Below the pieces are notes generated by a model. That model ran no database searches. It saw nothing but the letters and a program-made list of their open reading frames with translations, and had not been told where the DNA came from. A DNA stretch of 43,454 nt, taken from contig NW_021835090.1 of the NCBI RefSeq assembly GCF_006345805.1, forward strand, positions 1 to 43,454, read 5' to 3'. A program made the position numbers and the translations under genes. Below are positions 11,985 through 25,482 of this stretch, in pieces (position 1 is the first letter of the stretch; each line of letters opens with the position of its first letter). The stretch comes from Octopus sinensis (Eukaryota).

Positions 11985-12790
11985 AAAGGCGGCAAGCTGA
12001 CAGATTTATTAGCACAAATTCTGTCCCTCTTGTCATTTCAAATCCCGCTGAGTATGACTTTGCTTTATGTCCTTTAAGAGTCGTTAAAATAAGCACTAGT
12101 TGCACAATGGAGTCGATATTGCAATCCAAAATTTGAAATTAATATTAGTTTGGGCAATACGGCATCGAGCTGGCAGAACCATTAGTACACCGTGCGAAAT
12201 GCTTTGCGGTATTTTTAAAGGCGGCGAGCTAGCAGAATCGTTATCACGCTGGGCGAAGTGCTTTGCGGTATTTCGCATGTCGTTACGTTCTGAGTTCAAA
12301 TTCCGCCAAGGTCCACTTTGCCTTTCATCCTTTCGGGGTCGATAAATTAAGTGCCATTTACGCACTGCGGTCGATGTAATCGATTTAATCCCGTTGTATG
12401 TCCTTGTTTGTCTCCTCCCTTGTGGGTAATAACGAAATAGGTATTTTGCATGTCGCTACGTTCTGAGTTCAAATTCCGCCGAGGTCGACTTTGCCTTTCA
12501 TCATTTCGTGGTCGATAAACTAAGTACCAGTTACGCAATGGGGTCGATATCATCGACTTAATCCGTTTGTCTGTCCTTATTTGTTCTCTCTATGTTTAGC
12601 CCCTTGTGGGTAATAAAGAAACAGGTATTTCGTCCGTCCTTACATTCTGAGTTCACATTCTGCCTAAGTCGATTTCTACCTTTTTTGGGGGAAGGGGCCG
12701 ATTAAGATAAGCCCCAGTTGAACACTGGGGTCAATATAATCGATTTACCTTTCTGTAAAATTGCTGGCCTTGTGCCAAAATGGGAAACCG
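11985..12790 (+). mobile_element. Nested/tandem family B cluster
   Basis: Head fragment 12160-12216 ends ggtatttt, a full unit follows at 12217-12439, then restarts at ggtattt (12440 and 12624). Confidence 0.85.
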
Positions 12791-13582
12791 ATATTAATTC
12801 GAACAATTGAAATAGAAATATCGTAAGTTTTTATTCCAGCCAAGTCACACTTCAAATTTTCTAGTTCGTAAAATCAAGATTAGCCAACTACTAAAACTAA
12901 TTAATTGGCCATAATTGCTACCCATAAAGTGAATTATTGTGCATATATCATCTTGAAAATTCCTCAGTTTCGCTTACATCAAAAGTGTGTATCCCAGCCA
13001 CATCATATTTATATTCCCGAAGTCGGGAAATTTATGCAGAAGATAAGTGCGACGTAAAAAAAGGGAGAAAATAATAGTTTCGGATAGTTTCCTTCTACAA
13101 CAAGGTCCAGTTCTTGTTGCGGTATTGTGGTTTGTCTGCACCAATAACATTGCGAGCTACGCCAGCGGAGCGCAGGCTTCTGGTAGGGCCTCTATGCTGA
13201 TAAGGTCAAAGAGGAGAGGCCTAGTTAATATGGTTCTGCTCTTTTCAAAGTTACAATTGGGTTTACAGGAGGCCAGTACGCTTATCTAGCAAACAAAAAA
13301 AAAAAGGTGAAGTTACAGATGACAATTCAAAACCAACTAGACTTGAGAGTAGACAATCCAGAATCGAGAACAGTGGAGTCAGGCGTCGATGGCTTTTGCT
13401 CCATAGGAGGCGAAGAGCTTCAGTAAGTATTAGTTTCCTTGTACTATTGTATTTTTTACAAAGCCAATTCATGCAGGATTTAATATTCGTAGTCGCTGGT
13501 CAGTAAGATAAAAGTAATAAATTTTGTTGCTTATTAAATGGATACTACGTCTACTCTTGGTAGAAATTTCAAATAAAGTGTT

Positions 13583-13583
<1 letters not shown>

Positions 13584-13644
<61 letters not shown>

Positions 13645-13671
13645 GGGATAGATAGATAGATACATAGATAA

Positions 13672-13762
<91 letters not shown>
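13584..13762. repeat. (GATA)n microsatellite
   Basis: Direct reading. Confidence 0.97.
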
Positions 13763-13763
<1 letters not shown>

Positions 13764-14080
13764 GTGTGTGTATCTATTCGCATGTGTGCCTGTAAAGAGA
13801 GCCAATCATTTGTTTGGGTAATACAATCATACATTATATTCTCCAACGTATCTTATCAACACCATTGTTGTAGTCAGGACGTCCGTGTGTTTATACATGA
13901 ACATATAATTAATTAATAGAAACGCTTCACATGTAGATACATATATAGATATGTAAAGCAAACATACTAATATGCTAGTGTGTATATAGCTGTGTTTGTT
14001 TCTGTTTCGGCGTGTAGTTGTTGTTTTTTTTTTACTTTCGTGTAGTTCACACATATTTTTAGCCTCGCTGTGAAATGTAG

Positions 14081-14184
14081 ATACTATGGTTAAACCACGT
14101 GTTTATCTTTGTGTGGCCAGAAGACCAGATCGATGTGACTAGTTTCAGCGACTATTACTGCTTCATCTCTGATGACACATGCTC
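14081..14184 (+). other. Candidate exon (unverified)
   Basis: AG at 14079-80, strong donor gtaagt at 14185, one open frame ILWLNHVFIFVWPEDQIDVTSFSDYYCFISDDTC; no recognised homology and a weak polypyrimidine tract. Confidence 0.2.
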
Positions 14185-14811
14185 GTAAGTTTACCTTACA
14201 TCTCTATAAACATACAAATGCACACTTAACATACCTATAAATATAAATATATATATATTATATAATTTTGTATGCGATTAAACTTAAAGATTCTTAAGTT
14301 ATGCGGAAAAAATACAGAAAAGAAGGGATTTAATACTCTGACATCATGCGTGACCGGATGAATGAAAGATTTATTTTGTTTTGTTTTGCCTGCATTATTT
14401 TTCTTGTTTGTCTTCTTTTTTTCAGTATTTTTTTTTTTAATCTTTTCACTTTTTAACAGAATTCTTATACAAAGAATCTAATACTTACACGTTAAATTCT
14501 TTCTTTGCCCCCACCGTGTCGTGAAAGAGGAATACAAATCAATCCAGTTATTTAATTTAATTTAATCATTTAATGAATATTGTGTCAGTAAGCGTTTAAG
14601 CGTGTATGTTTGGGTGTGTGTGTATGTTTTGATGGATATTGGTGCGTATAAAAATATATCATATAAGAGTTTGTATATATTTATATATGAGTATATGTAT
14701 ATGTATGTATATTATGTATATTTATATAAACATCTGTCTCTCTCCCTCTCGTTCCCTCTCTCTATATATATGTGTGTGTGTGTCTGTGTGTGTGTTTGTG
14801 TGTGTGTGTGT

Positions 14812-15139
14812 GGAGGCGCAATGGCCCAGTGGTTAGGGCTGCGGGCTCGCGGTCGGAAGATCGCGGTTTCGATTCCCAGACCGGGCGTTGTGTGTGTTTA
14901 TTGAGCGAAAACACCTAAAGCTCTACGAGGCTCCGACAGGGGCTGGTGGCGACCCCTGTTGTACTCTTTCGCCACAACTTTCTCTCGCTCTCTCTTCCTG
15001 TTTCTTGAGTAACGCTGCGATGGACTGGCGTCCCGTCCAACTGGGCGGGGGTGGGTGGAAGAACAAATACGCCATAGAAACCGGGAAACCGGGCCCATGA
15101 ACTTGGCTAGGCTTGAAAAGGGTTCATAAATAAATAAAA
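14812..15139 (+). mobile_element. tRNA(Arg)-like SINE, head D + tail Y
   Basis: Head ggaggcgcaatggcccagtggttag...ggtttcgattccc; tail aacgctgcgatggactggcg...gggcccatg...(taaa)n. Confidence 0.9.
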
Positions 15140-15140
15140 A

Positions 15141-15180
<40 letters not shown>

Positions 15181-15523
15181 TATAGTAGAAATATGTTACA
15201 AAAAGAAAATATAAAATACACGTGGAAATGTACGGCTAAAATATGAAAAATCAACGAAAATGCACATTGTAAATAAAAAAAAAGAAAAGGCTTTTTATGA
15301 AAGGTAACGACAGATATATGCAATTAGATGGACTGAGGTAGTAATAAAAGTCATAAAAGTCATTATTATGAGATGATTATAAAGTCATATTTACATGTAC
15401 ATACAAGGTTTCTATAAAGCCCGTGTGCAATATAAAGTTACCTTTTTTATAGATACAAACCTCTCAATCTTTTATATTGCACACAGAGTTTATAGTAACC
15501 GTGTATGTGTATGGGTATTTAGA

Positions 15524-15566
<43 letters not shown>

Positions 15567-16030
15567 ACATATTGTGTATTTTTTGTACGGGTGGATACGC
15601 ACAAGTTGAATTTCAACTCCGATACAAGACCAACAAAAGTAAACGGATATGGGGAAAGACAAACAGTAAACCAAAGTATATTACTGGTATTTGTTTCTTT
15701 ACGTTTGTGATCGCAGGGACGCGGTGTTCATGACAGCTAAAGTCAATAGTTGTCTGTTAATTAAATATACTACTGTATGGTATTGAATTTTAAAGCACGG
15801 CATTACTTCAGTATGCCATCGTTACGCAGAAAATTGATTAAGTAAAATAACTTGTAAGATAATTATTTTATTACATAAATAACTATGCAGCCAGCAAATG
15901 ATTGCATTGTCTGTTCAGTTAGAAATCGTAGTCAAATCTTCCTCAAACCACGTTTCATTGTTTTAAAGCAAAAAAAAAGAACAATAAAACAATCAGTCGC
16001 AGTGATTTATATATTACCTAATACATTATT

Positions 16031-16213
16031 ATGTGGCGGTGCATGGCTTAGTGGTTACAGGTGTTGGATTTATGATCGTGGGATCGTGGTTTCGAATCCT
16101 GAAGTGAGCGATGCTTTATGTTCTTTAGCAAAACATTTCATTTCACATTTCTCCAGTCCACCTAGCTGGCAAAGATGAATTATCCTGCGACAGAGCGGCG
16201 TCCCATACACGAG

Positions 16214-16215
<2 letters not shown>
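16031..16215 (+). mobile_element. Old SINE, head C + start of tail Y
   Basis: ggcttagtggtta...ggtttcgaatcc...ctccagtccacctagctggcaaa. Confidence 0.7.
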
Positions 16216-16250
<35 letters not shown>

Positions 16251-16255
<5 letters not shown>

Positions 16256-16415
16256 TAAGGGTTTCTAAAAGATAACACCATGCTAGTGTTAACATGGTGG
16301 TACCTTTTAGAAACCCTTAATTATGATTTTATTAATAATTATTACCTATAAGGTTTTTTATTCCCATGCTGGACACTTGATATGATCGGTATTTTAAATA
16401 ACGATCTTATCCTTA
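16251..16415. repeat. Fold-back insert between (TA)n tracts
   Basis: Perfect 21-bp inverted repeat, 16251-16271 versus 16304-16324. Confidence 0.8.
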
Positions 16416-16430
16416 TTTATATATATATAT

Positions 16431-16463
<33 letters not shown>

Positions 16464-16561
16464 ATTGAATAACTTAGTCAGCAGGAAGGAATTTCCAGCT
16501 AATCTGTAATTCTAAGACCGGACAAGTACAGTAATGTACTCTGCTACGTTTGTTCATTATA

Positions 16562-16643
<82 letters not shown>

Positions 16644-17479
16644 ATGTAAAAACAATTAAGATTCAAGTGAGTTCCAATGAATTCACATGAATGCGGTACT
16701 TAACTTAGATGCACCAGAAATCTTTATTGTATTAACCATAAAATAATGTGGGGTGATTATAAACAAGATAAAAGCAACAAGAATTGTACTGAACAACTAA
16801 TCCATTCTTGTTGCTTTTATCTTGTGTATATATGTATGTATGTATGTGTGTATATGTGTATGTGTGTATGTATGTATGTATGTATTATATACATTATATA
16901 TATATGTATGTGTGTGCTGTGTGCACTGACATACATATGAACACACGTGTACAATCCCACTCGTACACAAATGCGCAAAATTCAAACAATCGCATGCATA
17001 TTCCTACATGAAGACAGGTTTCAGCGTAAGTTTTTCACTGCAGCTACGGAACTCTAAAAATTATATGAATGCGTGCCAACTTTAATACTCAGTAACACAC
17101 AAGAGTTCACGCGCACGCACACACACACACACACACACAGAGGCAAATCTGCATCTATAAGCTTGTTTGTATGTTGATATTCCGAAGAGATTTCCATATT
17201 TAGATGATGTCACCATGCATTATAGGAAAATAATTTCCCGTTTACTTTCTGAACATTGTATGAAACATATAACTGCTTTTCTTCGGTTGCTATATGAACT
17301 TTAAAAAAGAACACATTAACTTTTCGTTATGGGACTTTCTCTCAAATAGAAACTGCCATTCTGTTATTTGAGCTCAACCTGCTGAACCAGGCAAAATTAC
17401 TTGAGTTATTTCATCCGGGTCGCTAGTTCAAATTTTCAGTTTTTCTGCTTAGTGTCTCTAACAATCTTTATTGTTCCAG

Positions 17480-17668
17480 GTGTTTCTCATCCACAGCACA
17501 TCGCTGGCAAGAAGATAAACGTATTATTGCATGAGCAGTAAACAGTTGCTTGCAGTTGCTTTTGTAATAGAGATAGAAACACAAAAATACTTTAGATACA
17601 CGTATGCCCCGGAGAGAAAATTTCTCATTCCACATGTCCATAAACGGCAAATTCGACCAGCAGAGAAC
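17480..17668 (+). other. Candidate exon with a possible start codon (unverified)
   Basis: Acceptor tctttattgttccag|G, donor |gtaaga at 17669, ATG at 17531 opens 46 codons to the donor (MSSKQLLAVAFVIEIETQKYFRYTYAPERKFLIPHVHKRQIRPAEN); no recognised homology. Confidence 0.25.
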
Positions 17669-17763
17669 GTAAGAATATTTCTCATAATGATATAAGTGAA
17701 ATCTTGGGTGGGAATGGTTGAAAAGTGGTTCATTAACTGTGTACAATACACTTTGCTACTTAT

Positions 17764-17905
17764 ATGTAATAAGAAGCTTCCTTCTCAACCACGAGGTTTC
17801 AGTCCCACTGCGTGGCATATTCGGCAAGTGTTAGCTACTACAGCTTCAAGCCGACCAAAGCCTTGTGGGTGGATTTGATACAAGGAAATTGAAAGAAGCT
17901 CGTGT
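17764..17905 (+). mobile_element. Old family A 5' half
   Basis: cagtcccactgcgtggca...ccgaccaaagccttgtg...gaaagaagctcgt. Confidence 0.75.
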
Positions 17906-18185
17906 TAAATATATATATATATATGGGATATTCATACTGACCGTAAGAAATGGAGATTCTAAGGTAGTAAAAAGGACTTTAGCGTCTATTTCTTACGGTG
18001 AGAGGTGAGGTATAAAGCCAAACCCTTGTTATAATTATGTATTTAATTATAAAATTTTTTATAAAATTTACCTGTAAGGTTATTATTCCCGAACTGATAA
18101 AATTATTATTAATTGGCATGTATGCATATATGTATGTAAGTATGTGTGTAAGTATGTCTGTCTGTCTGTATGTATGTGTGTATGT

Positions 18186-18330
18186 ATACGACAGGCTTCT
18201 TTCAGTTTACGTCTACCAAACCCACTCACAAGGCTTTGGTCGGCCTGCCCGAGACCATAGTAGAAAAAAAGCAAGGTGACATGCAGTGGGACTGAAACCG
18301 GAACATGTGGTTGAGAAGCAAGTATCTTAT
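18186..18330 (-). mobile_element. Family A 5' half
   Basis: Reverse-complement match to the A 5' half. Confidence 0.8.
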
Positions 18331-18444
18331 CCTATCTCTCTCACACACTCTCTGTATACATACATACATACATTATATATATATATATATAATATATATA
18401 TAATATATTATATATATATATATATTATGCGTGTGTGTCTTTGG

Positions 18445-18657
18445 TATCTATGTTTTGTTCGCCACCACCACTTGACAACCTATGTTAGTGAGTTTGCGTA
18501 CAAAAAACTTAACGGTTCGCCAACAGATGCAGATGTAATAAGTACCAGGACTTAAAAAATTAAGTACTTGGACTGATTCATTCCATAAATAGTTGATCGA
18601 TGCACTGTCCCAGCAAGGCTGGAGTCCAGTGACTGATACAAGTAAAACATAAAAGCT
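18445..18657 (+). mobile_element. Old family A-type 3' half
   Basis: cttgacaacc...cttaacggttcg...aataagtacc...gactgatacaagtaaaa. Confidence 0.65.
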
Positions 18658-19054
18658 ATCCATGTAGGTATGTATTCGTGCATGTATGTGTATATGCATG
18701 TGCGTATGCATGTATGTATGGGTTTGTAAGATGTTTGTGAGATATATGTGTGAGAGTGTATATATATATATATATATAGTAGCAGCATAACTACATTAGT
18801 GACTCCGGAGCCTAGAGATCTTACGCAAGTAACTAATAAAATATTGATAACTGTCTCAGAAAAGAATTTAAATACTCGACTCTCAAATATATGGCCATAG
18901 CTTTTAATACACAACTATATATGCCATACTATTCTTTGTTAAGTGCTATTTTCCCCCATCTTAATATCAGAATATATTTTCGCTTTACATAATGTCTTTC
19001 TGTGGTACGGTCTTTCATCATATATCTCTCACTATTCGTATACTGTTCGTACTA

Positions 19055-19195
<141 letters not shown>

Positions 19196-19639
19196 GAATG
19201 ACGGATCGATAGAGATATTGCTATATAGATATAAACAGGACAATACTTAAGAAAACTTGCGTATAATAGTATCTCTATGGATGCATGTGTGTGTGTGTGT
19301 GTGTGTGAGCGTTTCTGTGTGTGAGTGCGCACGCTCGTGTGTTTGTGTGTGTATGTTTGTTTGAAATTGAGAATTCAGCATTTCTTGTGTCTCATAGAAG
19401 TTGCTTCAGGAAACGAGAAACTCGGTGCTACATCGGAATAACCTTCGGGCTCGATCGATGACACATACACAGCGACAAACAGTTATGCATATAATGCACA
19501 GCCACACACACACACACACACAAACACACAAAACACACACATCATATCCCCCTCTTCTATGTGCACGCCAACATATCGAATCATATGTATGCAACTGTAC
19601 GGAAATAGGAAAATGAATGTATGCACACGTGTGTTTACA

Positions 19640-19640
19640 C

Positions 19641-19695
<55 letters not shown>

Positions 19696-19738
19696 ATCTA
19701 TCTCTTCCTACACACACACAAACACACACACACACACG

Positions 19739-19789
<51 letters not shown>

Positions 19790-19800
19790 GTGTGTGTATC
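19640..19800. repeat. (ATCT)n/(CA)n/(TA)n compound microsatellite
   Basis: Direct reading. Confidence 0.95.
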
Positions 19801-19888
19801 AGAACAGTAACCGATATCTTATATTACTTTTATAATCTTTGTATTTAGATTACAGTTACTTTGAAATGAATGTAGAGCTCACACGTAC

Positions 19889-20283
19889 AAGAATGGCGGT
19901 GTGGAAGTAGCTTGTTTACGAACCACATGGTTCCGGGTTCAGGCCCACTGCTTGACACCTAGCGCAACTATCTTCTTGTATAGCCTCGGGCCAACCAAAA
20001 CCTTGTGAGTGGATTTGGCAGACGGAATATGAAAGAAGCTCGTCGTATATATGTATATATACATGGGTATTTATGTGTGTGTATACGTTTCTGTGTCTGT
20101 GTTTGTCTCCCCAACATCGCTTGATAACCGATGCTGGTGTGTTTACGTCCCCGCAAGCTAGCTGTTCGGCAAAATATACCGATAGAACAAGTACTAGGCT
20201 TACAAAGTATAAGTCCTGGGGTCGATTTGTTCAACTAAAAGCGCGGTGCTCCGGCATGGCCACAGTCAAATGACTGAAACAAG

Positions 20284-20284
<1 letters not shown>
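19889..20284 (+). mobile_element. SINE family A
   Basis: Full-length, moderately diverged match. Confidence 0.88.
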
Positions 20285-20321
<37 letters not shown>

Positions 20322-20767
20322 TATATATATAATATATATATATGAATATTGTATGTATGTTTGTGTAATGTGTATGTACGATGTATAATGATAATGTATA
20401 TTCCTGGAGAAACGCCTATTGCAAGGCACGAACCTGTGACAATTGATTCGATTCAAATCTGTCAACTTTCCCATTCATATCTTAAGAATACAAACAAAAG
20501 TGTGTGTGTTTTTGTATTATTCACACTATGTGAGAATAAGATGTATTGCAACGCTGCATGTTATACAACAGAAGCAGCAGAGGTTCCCAATTTGCCCCAG
20601 GCATCGCACGGTTCTTTTAAACACACGTACACGTACACAGATTCATATATGTACAGAAGACAGACACAAGGAAACACACTTACAGATACGCATACACATA
20701 CATACACTCGTATATTTATTTAAATGTAGGAATGAATATATTATATATATATATATATATATATTAT

Positions 20768-20819
<52 letters not shown>

Positions 20820-21056
20820 ATATATGATGTTGCGTCAGTATGTTGGCTTCAACCAATTATGTACTGTCGAGGTGTATGTTCTGTTGTATTTTTTGTTTTT
20901 CATTTTATCATCCTTAAATCGCCTGCATCTCTGTGCTTGTTATTTGAGCGTTATTTAGTTACTAGGCAACGGATATTTGCTTATCAGAAAACGCGGAAGA
21001 TAAAAGAAGCGAAACAAAAAAACAGTCTATCATACTAGCATACCTTGAGTTTAATG

Positions 21057-21091
<35 letters not shown>

Positions 21092-21094
<3 letters not shown>

Positions 21095-21240
21095 CTTTTG
21101 TAGTTTTCTTGCAACAAAGCTTGAGTCGAAACATCTGTCCATGCTGCAAGGAAATAAGAAACCGAATAATAATCATTTTGTTTTTTCTTAATGAATTCTT
21201 ATTTATTAACATCCAACAATTCCTGTTATGTATTACATCA
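21092..21240 (+). mobile_element. Short insert between (TA)n tracts with a hammerhead 3' half
   Basis: cttgcaac...GAAAC-atct-GTC-catgctgcaag; the distal stem I partner is present but the CUGANGA core is missing. Confidence 0.35.
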
Positions 21241-21262
21241 CATATATATATATATAATATAT

Positions 21263-21306
<44 letters not shown>

Positions 21307-21799
21307 CTTTTGGATATGGTTTGCAAGATTGTTTATGTGAGTTCGTGTGTTGAAGCATATTCTGTTGTGTCTGGGGAGAGTCATTTTCTTTTTGTGCCTT
21401 ATAAGTTAACACCCTCACCGGTAAAATTTCCACTTATTTCTTATTATTATTTTCCTAAAATTTTCGTTTGCGTCTTGCAATTTTTTCAATAGTTTTGACA
21501 TATATATATACTTATACATACACACACATATATATTACTTGCCCTGAATGATTGCTGCCATTCTGGTCTAGTGTTTACGCGAATATATTCTGTTGCTATT
21601 TTTTATCCATCCGCTATGGTACAGAGACATAGATGAACAGACATTGGTTTTCAAGTGACATCGATGGGTCAAACACTGACATAAAGTTAAGCACACAAGC
21701 ACACAGAAACACACATACACACACACCCATACACACATACACACACATGTTTATACTTAAATATGTATGTGTACTTGTGTGCATATATAAATACACACA

Positions 21800-21800
21800 G

Positions 21801-21835
<35 letters not shown>

Positions 21836-21899
21836 GAGAAAGACATAAAGAAAGAAAGAAAGAGAGAAATAAAGAAAGAAAGAAAGAAAGAAAGAAAGG
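21800..21899. repeat. (GAAA)n microsatellite
   Basis: Direct reading. Confidence 0.95.
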
Positions 21900-22829
21900 A
21901 TGTGGTGTCCCTTGTTTCATTGAAAGAATAATTGTGAATTGGGGTGAATTTACAAAAAGGGCATAGCTAAAACAAATATTGTGTGTTCATATATGTTGTA
22001 TGTTGATATGAATATATATATATATATTTCAACATACAACTGTGTGTGTCTCTGTGTATGCGTGTGTATGTGTTGTACGTAAGCTTGCAAGCATATATAA
22101 TCGCATATCAGTGTTTACATATTTGATATTTGTGCGTTACTGTGTCTCTGTAAGCCTGTCTGTGAAACAATAATGCGTTTTATATTCGATCCAACGATAT
22201 ATATCATTCTATATCGTTTTCACAATCTTTCTAGGTATATGATATATTGTTTAATGTTATCGAATATGCAGAGATTGTTCTGGATTTAAATTTTTGAAAA
22301 TTTTATATAATTAATTCTTCTAATTTTATCAATTTTATTTTAATAATTGTTCTAAATTTGTCTTATTATATATTGCATTTTCGTAATTTCTGCTGAAGCT
22401 TCTCCATTTTGGAATTGATTTGCTATTTTTATTAACATTTCCGAAGATATCTCTCGTTTCTTTTGTTTCTCATTTAAAATTCTGATATTGAATTTCAGAA
22501 ATAATTTTATAAAATAAAAACTCAAATGGTTATAACGTAGTCGTTAGTTTGAAGTGCGATTTGACTCACTTCTTAAGAAGACAAGTGAATATAAAAATGA
22601 AGGCCTCTGAAAGACCAAGCGGAGGCGACGAAGTGTTGTGTTTTAGTGATTACAGTCAATAAGCGTGATAAATTACAACCGTACAAACAGTGGCGTAGCT
22701 ATATGTGTGCCATTTGGGGGCAGTCCGTTACTTCCACGTCCATGCACCGGGCCCCAAGCGTACACGCGCATATTTAAGAGAGCGAAAATGCCTTCACTAA
22801 GGACCAAATACATTTATATTCTTTTCCAC

Positions 22830-23400
22830 TTTAGGCACAAGGCCCGAAATTTTGGGAGAGAGGGCCAGTCGCTTAGATCGATCCCCAGTGCGTAACTGGT
22901 ACTTAATTTATCGACCCCGAAAGGATGAAAGGCAAAGACGACCTTCGTGGAATTTGAACTCAGAATGTAAAGACGAATTACCTATTTCTTTACTACCCAC
23001 AAAGGGTTAAACACAGAGAGGACAAACAAGGACAGACAAAGGGATTAAGTCGATAACATCGACCCCAGTGCGTGACTGGTACTTAATTTATCGTCACCGA
23101 AAGGATGAAAGGCAAAGTCGACCTTGGCCGAATTTGAACTCAGAACGTAACGGCAGACGAAATAACTATTTCTTTACTACCCACAAATGGCTAAACGCAG
23201 AGGGGATAAACAAGGACAGAAAAACGTATTAAGTCGATTACATCGAACCCAGTGCGTAACTGGTATTTATTTAATCGACCCCGAAAGGATGAAAGGCAAA
23301 GTCGACCTCGATGGAATTTGAACTCAGAACGTAGCGGCAGACGAAATACCGCTAGGCATTTCGCCCGGCGTGCTAAAGTTTCTGCCGGCTCGCCGCCTTC
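22830..23400 (-). mobile_element. Family B trimer: one full unit plus two 5'-truncated units
   Basis: Minus-strand junctions aaagaaata|g(g/t)ta(a/t)ttcgtc at about 23166 and 22983. Confidence 0.9.
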
Positions 23401-23509
23401 AAATACATTCATATTACACACATTTGTTTCAGAATCAGTGATTGGGCGTGTGTAAGTAAGCGTTTGCGTGCCTGTGCGTGAGTGTGTGTCTATGTCAGTG
23501 TGTGTGTAT

Positions 23510-23640
23510 TTCTCCCTAAGAACTACGTTATGGGTACATGTATCTGGGGAGTGCTCAGCCACTTGCACGTTAATTTCACGAGCAGGTTGTTCCGTTGATC
23601 GGATCAACTGGACCCCTCGTAGTCGCAACCGACAGGGTAC
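23510..23640 (+). mobile_element. Isolated tail X fragment
   Basis: gaactacgtta...ctcagccacttgcacgttaatttcacgagc...caaccgac. Confidence 0.8.
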
Positions 23641-23904
23641 CGTAGTAATATCAGATATAATGTGACGGAGTGTACAAAATGTTTCCTTTGCTACTTTATG
23701 CCTTAGTTTAGATCCTTCTGCTCGTGGACGTGTCGTGCGTTATACCCTAAAGTAATTCAAAACGTACTTCAGTGAAAGTGGGTAAATGGAAACGGTGTGA
23801 ATCAGCCGGGTTAATTGAGCAAGTAATTCAAAAGGATAACTTCATATTTATTCTCGTTGTAGATTGACTATTCAATGCCCAACGCTAAAATTAAGCGAAT
23901 ATTA

Positions 23905-24525
23905 GTTGGCGACCGCCTAAATTCGTTAACACAGCGGGCAAAATGTTTAGCGGCTTTCCTGCTGATGTCGGCTTTGCTTGCGTCCTTTCGGGGTCGATAA
24001 AATAAGTACCTGTTGAGTACTGATGCCATTGTAATAGACTTCCCCTCTCACACGAAATTGCTGGCCTTGTGCCAAAAGATGACACAAATATGTAAGTTAA
24101 GTCAGTGAATTGGCAGAATCGTAAGCATGCCGGGGAAAATACTTAGCAGCATTTCGTCCGTCTTTACTTTCTGAGTTCAAAAGCCGCTGAGGACGACTTT
24201 GCCTTCCATCCTTTGGTAGTCGATAAAATAAGTACTTATTAAGCACTGGGATCATTGTCATCGACGTAACCTCCCTCATGAAATTGCTGGCATTGTCCCA
24301 AAAGTTGAAACAAATATTTAAGATAATTCTGTGATTTGGCAGATAACACACCAGGCAAAATGTTTAGCGGAATATCGTCCATCTTTATATTCTGAATTCA
24401 AATTCCACGGAGGTCAACTTTACCTTTCTTCCTTTCAAGGGTTGATAAAATAAGTACCAGTTGAATATTAGGCACTTACCTTCTTCCACGAAATCGCTGT
24501 TTTTGTGTTAAAATATGAAATCTAT
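23905..24525 (+). mobile_element. Three old family B units in tandem
   Basis: Three ggggtcgataaaataagtac-like motifs, each followed by gaaattgctggcc-type tails. Confidence 0.75.
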
Positions 24526-24812
24526 ATTAGACGAATATCATTTTACCTTTTAACTGTTATATATTGCTTGCTTTAGTCATTGCACCAATTAGTAGAGTAC
24601 AGATAATTAATGAAACCAAAGTTAGAGACATTCTTAAAAGGAGCATGAAAGGAAATATAATTATTATCACTAAAACTGTTGTTAGGTATTCAGTGAAACT
24701 ATATTACTTATAACTAATAAAACACATTAAAACGCAAACGAGTAAAAGCAGACATATTCTAAGTACATTTAAATAATGACATTAAAACATTAAAAAATTC
24801 AATGGTACATCA

Positions 24813-25482
24813 TATTCTGTTGTACCTGTTTTCCCAAGGGCCAGCCTTGTCACACTCTGTGTCATGCTGAATCTCCCCGAGAACTACGTTAAGGGTACAC
24901 GTGTCTGTGGTGTGCTCAGCCACTTGCACGTTAATAAATGAGCTGCGACGTCACTGGTGCCAAGCTGTATCGGCCTTTGCCCTACCCTTGGATAACATCG
25001 GTGGCGTGGAGAGAGGAGGCTGGTATGCATGGGTGACTGCTAGTCTTCCACAAACAACCTTGTCCGGACCTGTGCCTCGGAGGCTCCGTGAGGCTCCGAT
25101 AGGGGGTGGTGGCGAACCCTGCTGTAATCTTTCACCACAACTATATTTCACTCTTTCTTCCATTTTCTGTTGTACCTGTATTCCAAAGGGTGAGCCTTGT
25201 CACATTCTGTGTCCCGCTGAATCTCCCCGAGAACTACGTTAAGGGTACACGTGTCTGTGGAGTGCTCAGCCACTTGCACGTTAATAAATGAGCTGCTACG
25301 CCACAAGTGCCAAGCTGTATCGGTCTTTGCTTTTCCCTTGGATAACATCGGTGGCGTGGAGAGGGGAGGCCGGTATGTATGGGCGACTGCTGGTCTTCCA
25401 TAAACAACCTTGCCCAGACTTGTGCCTCGGAGGTTAACTTTCTAGGTGCAATCCCATGTTCATTCATGACCAAAGGGGGTCA
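24813..25482 (+). mobile_element. Tandem pair of composite SINE pieces (D body / half of tail X / tail Z)
   Basis: The block ttctgttgtacctg...cacgttaataaatgagctgc...gtgcctcggagg occurs at about 24813-25083 and 25164-25432. Confidence 0.85.

Noticed and set aside
7992-12790. CRISPR-like repeat array
   Set aside because: The units are about 200-240-bp SINE copies with no unique spacers and no cas genes, in a eukaryotic context.
14160-14190. CTGATGA as a hammerhead core (also CTGACGA at about 31204, 33020 minus and 40465 minus; CTGAAGA at about 32776 and 36873)
   Set aside because: None has a correctly placed GAAA with stem III, a GUH triplet and stem I partners.
22693-22760. cagtggcgtagcta...gggcccc as a hAT-like terminal inverted repeat
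   Set aside because: No matching second end or TSD was found.
24930-25482. HDV-like ribozyme in tail Z
   Set aside because: I could not assemble the nested P1/P2/P3/P1.1 pseudoknot or find the conserved L3 and J4/2 nucleotides.
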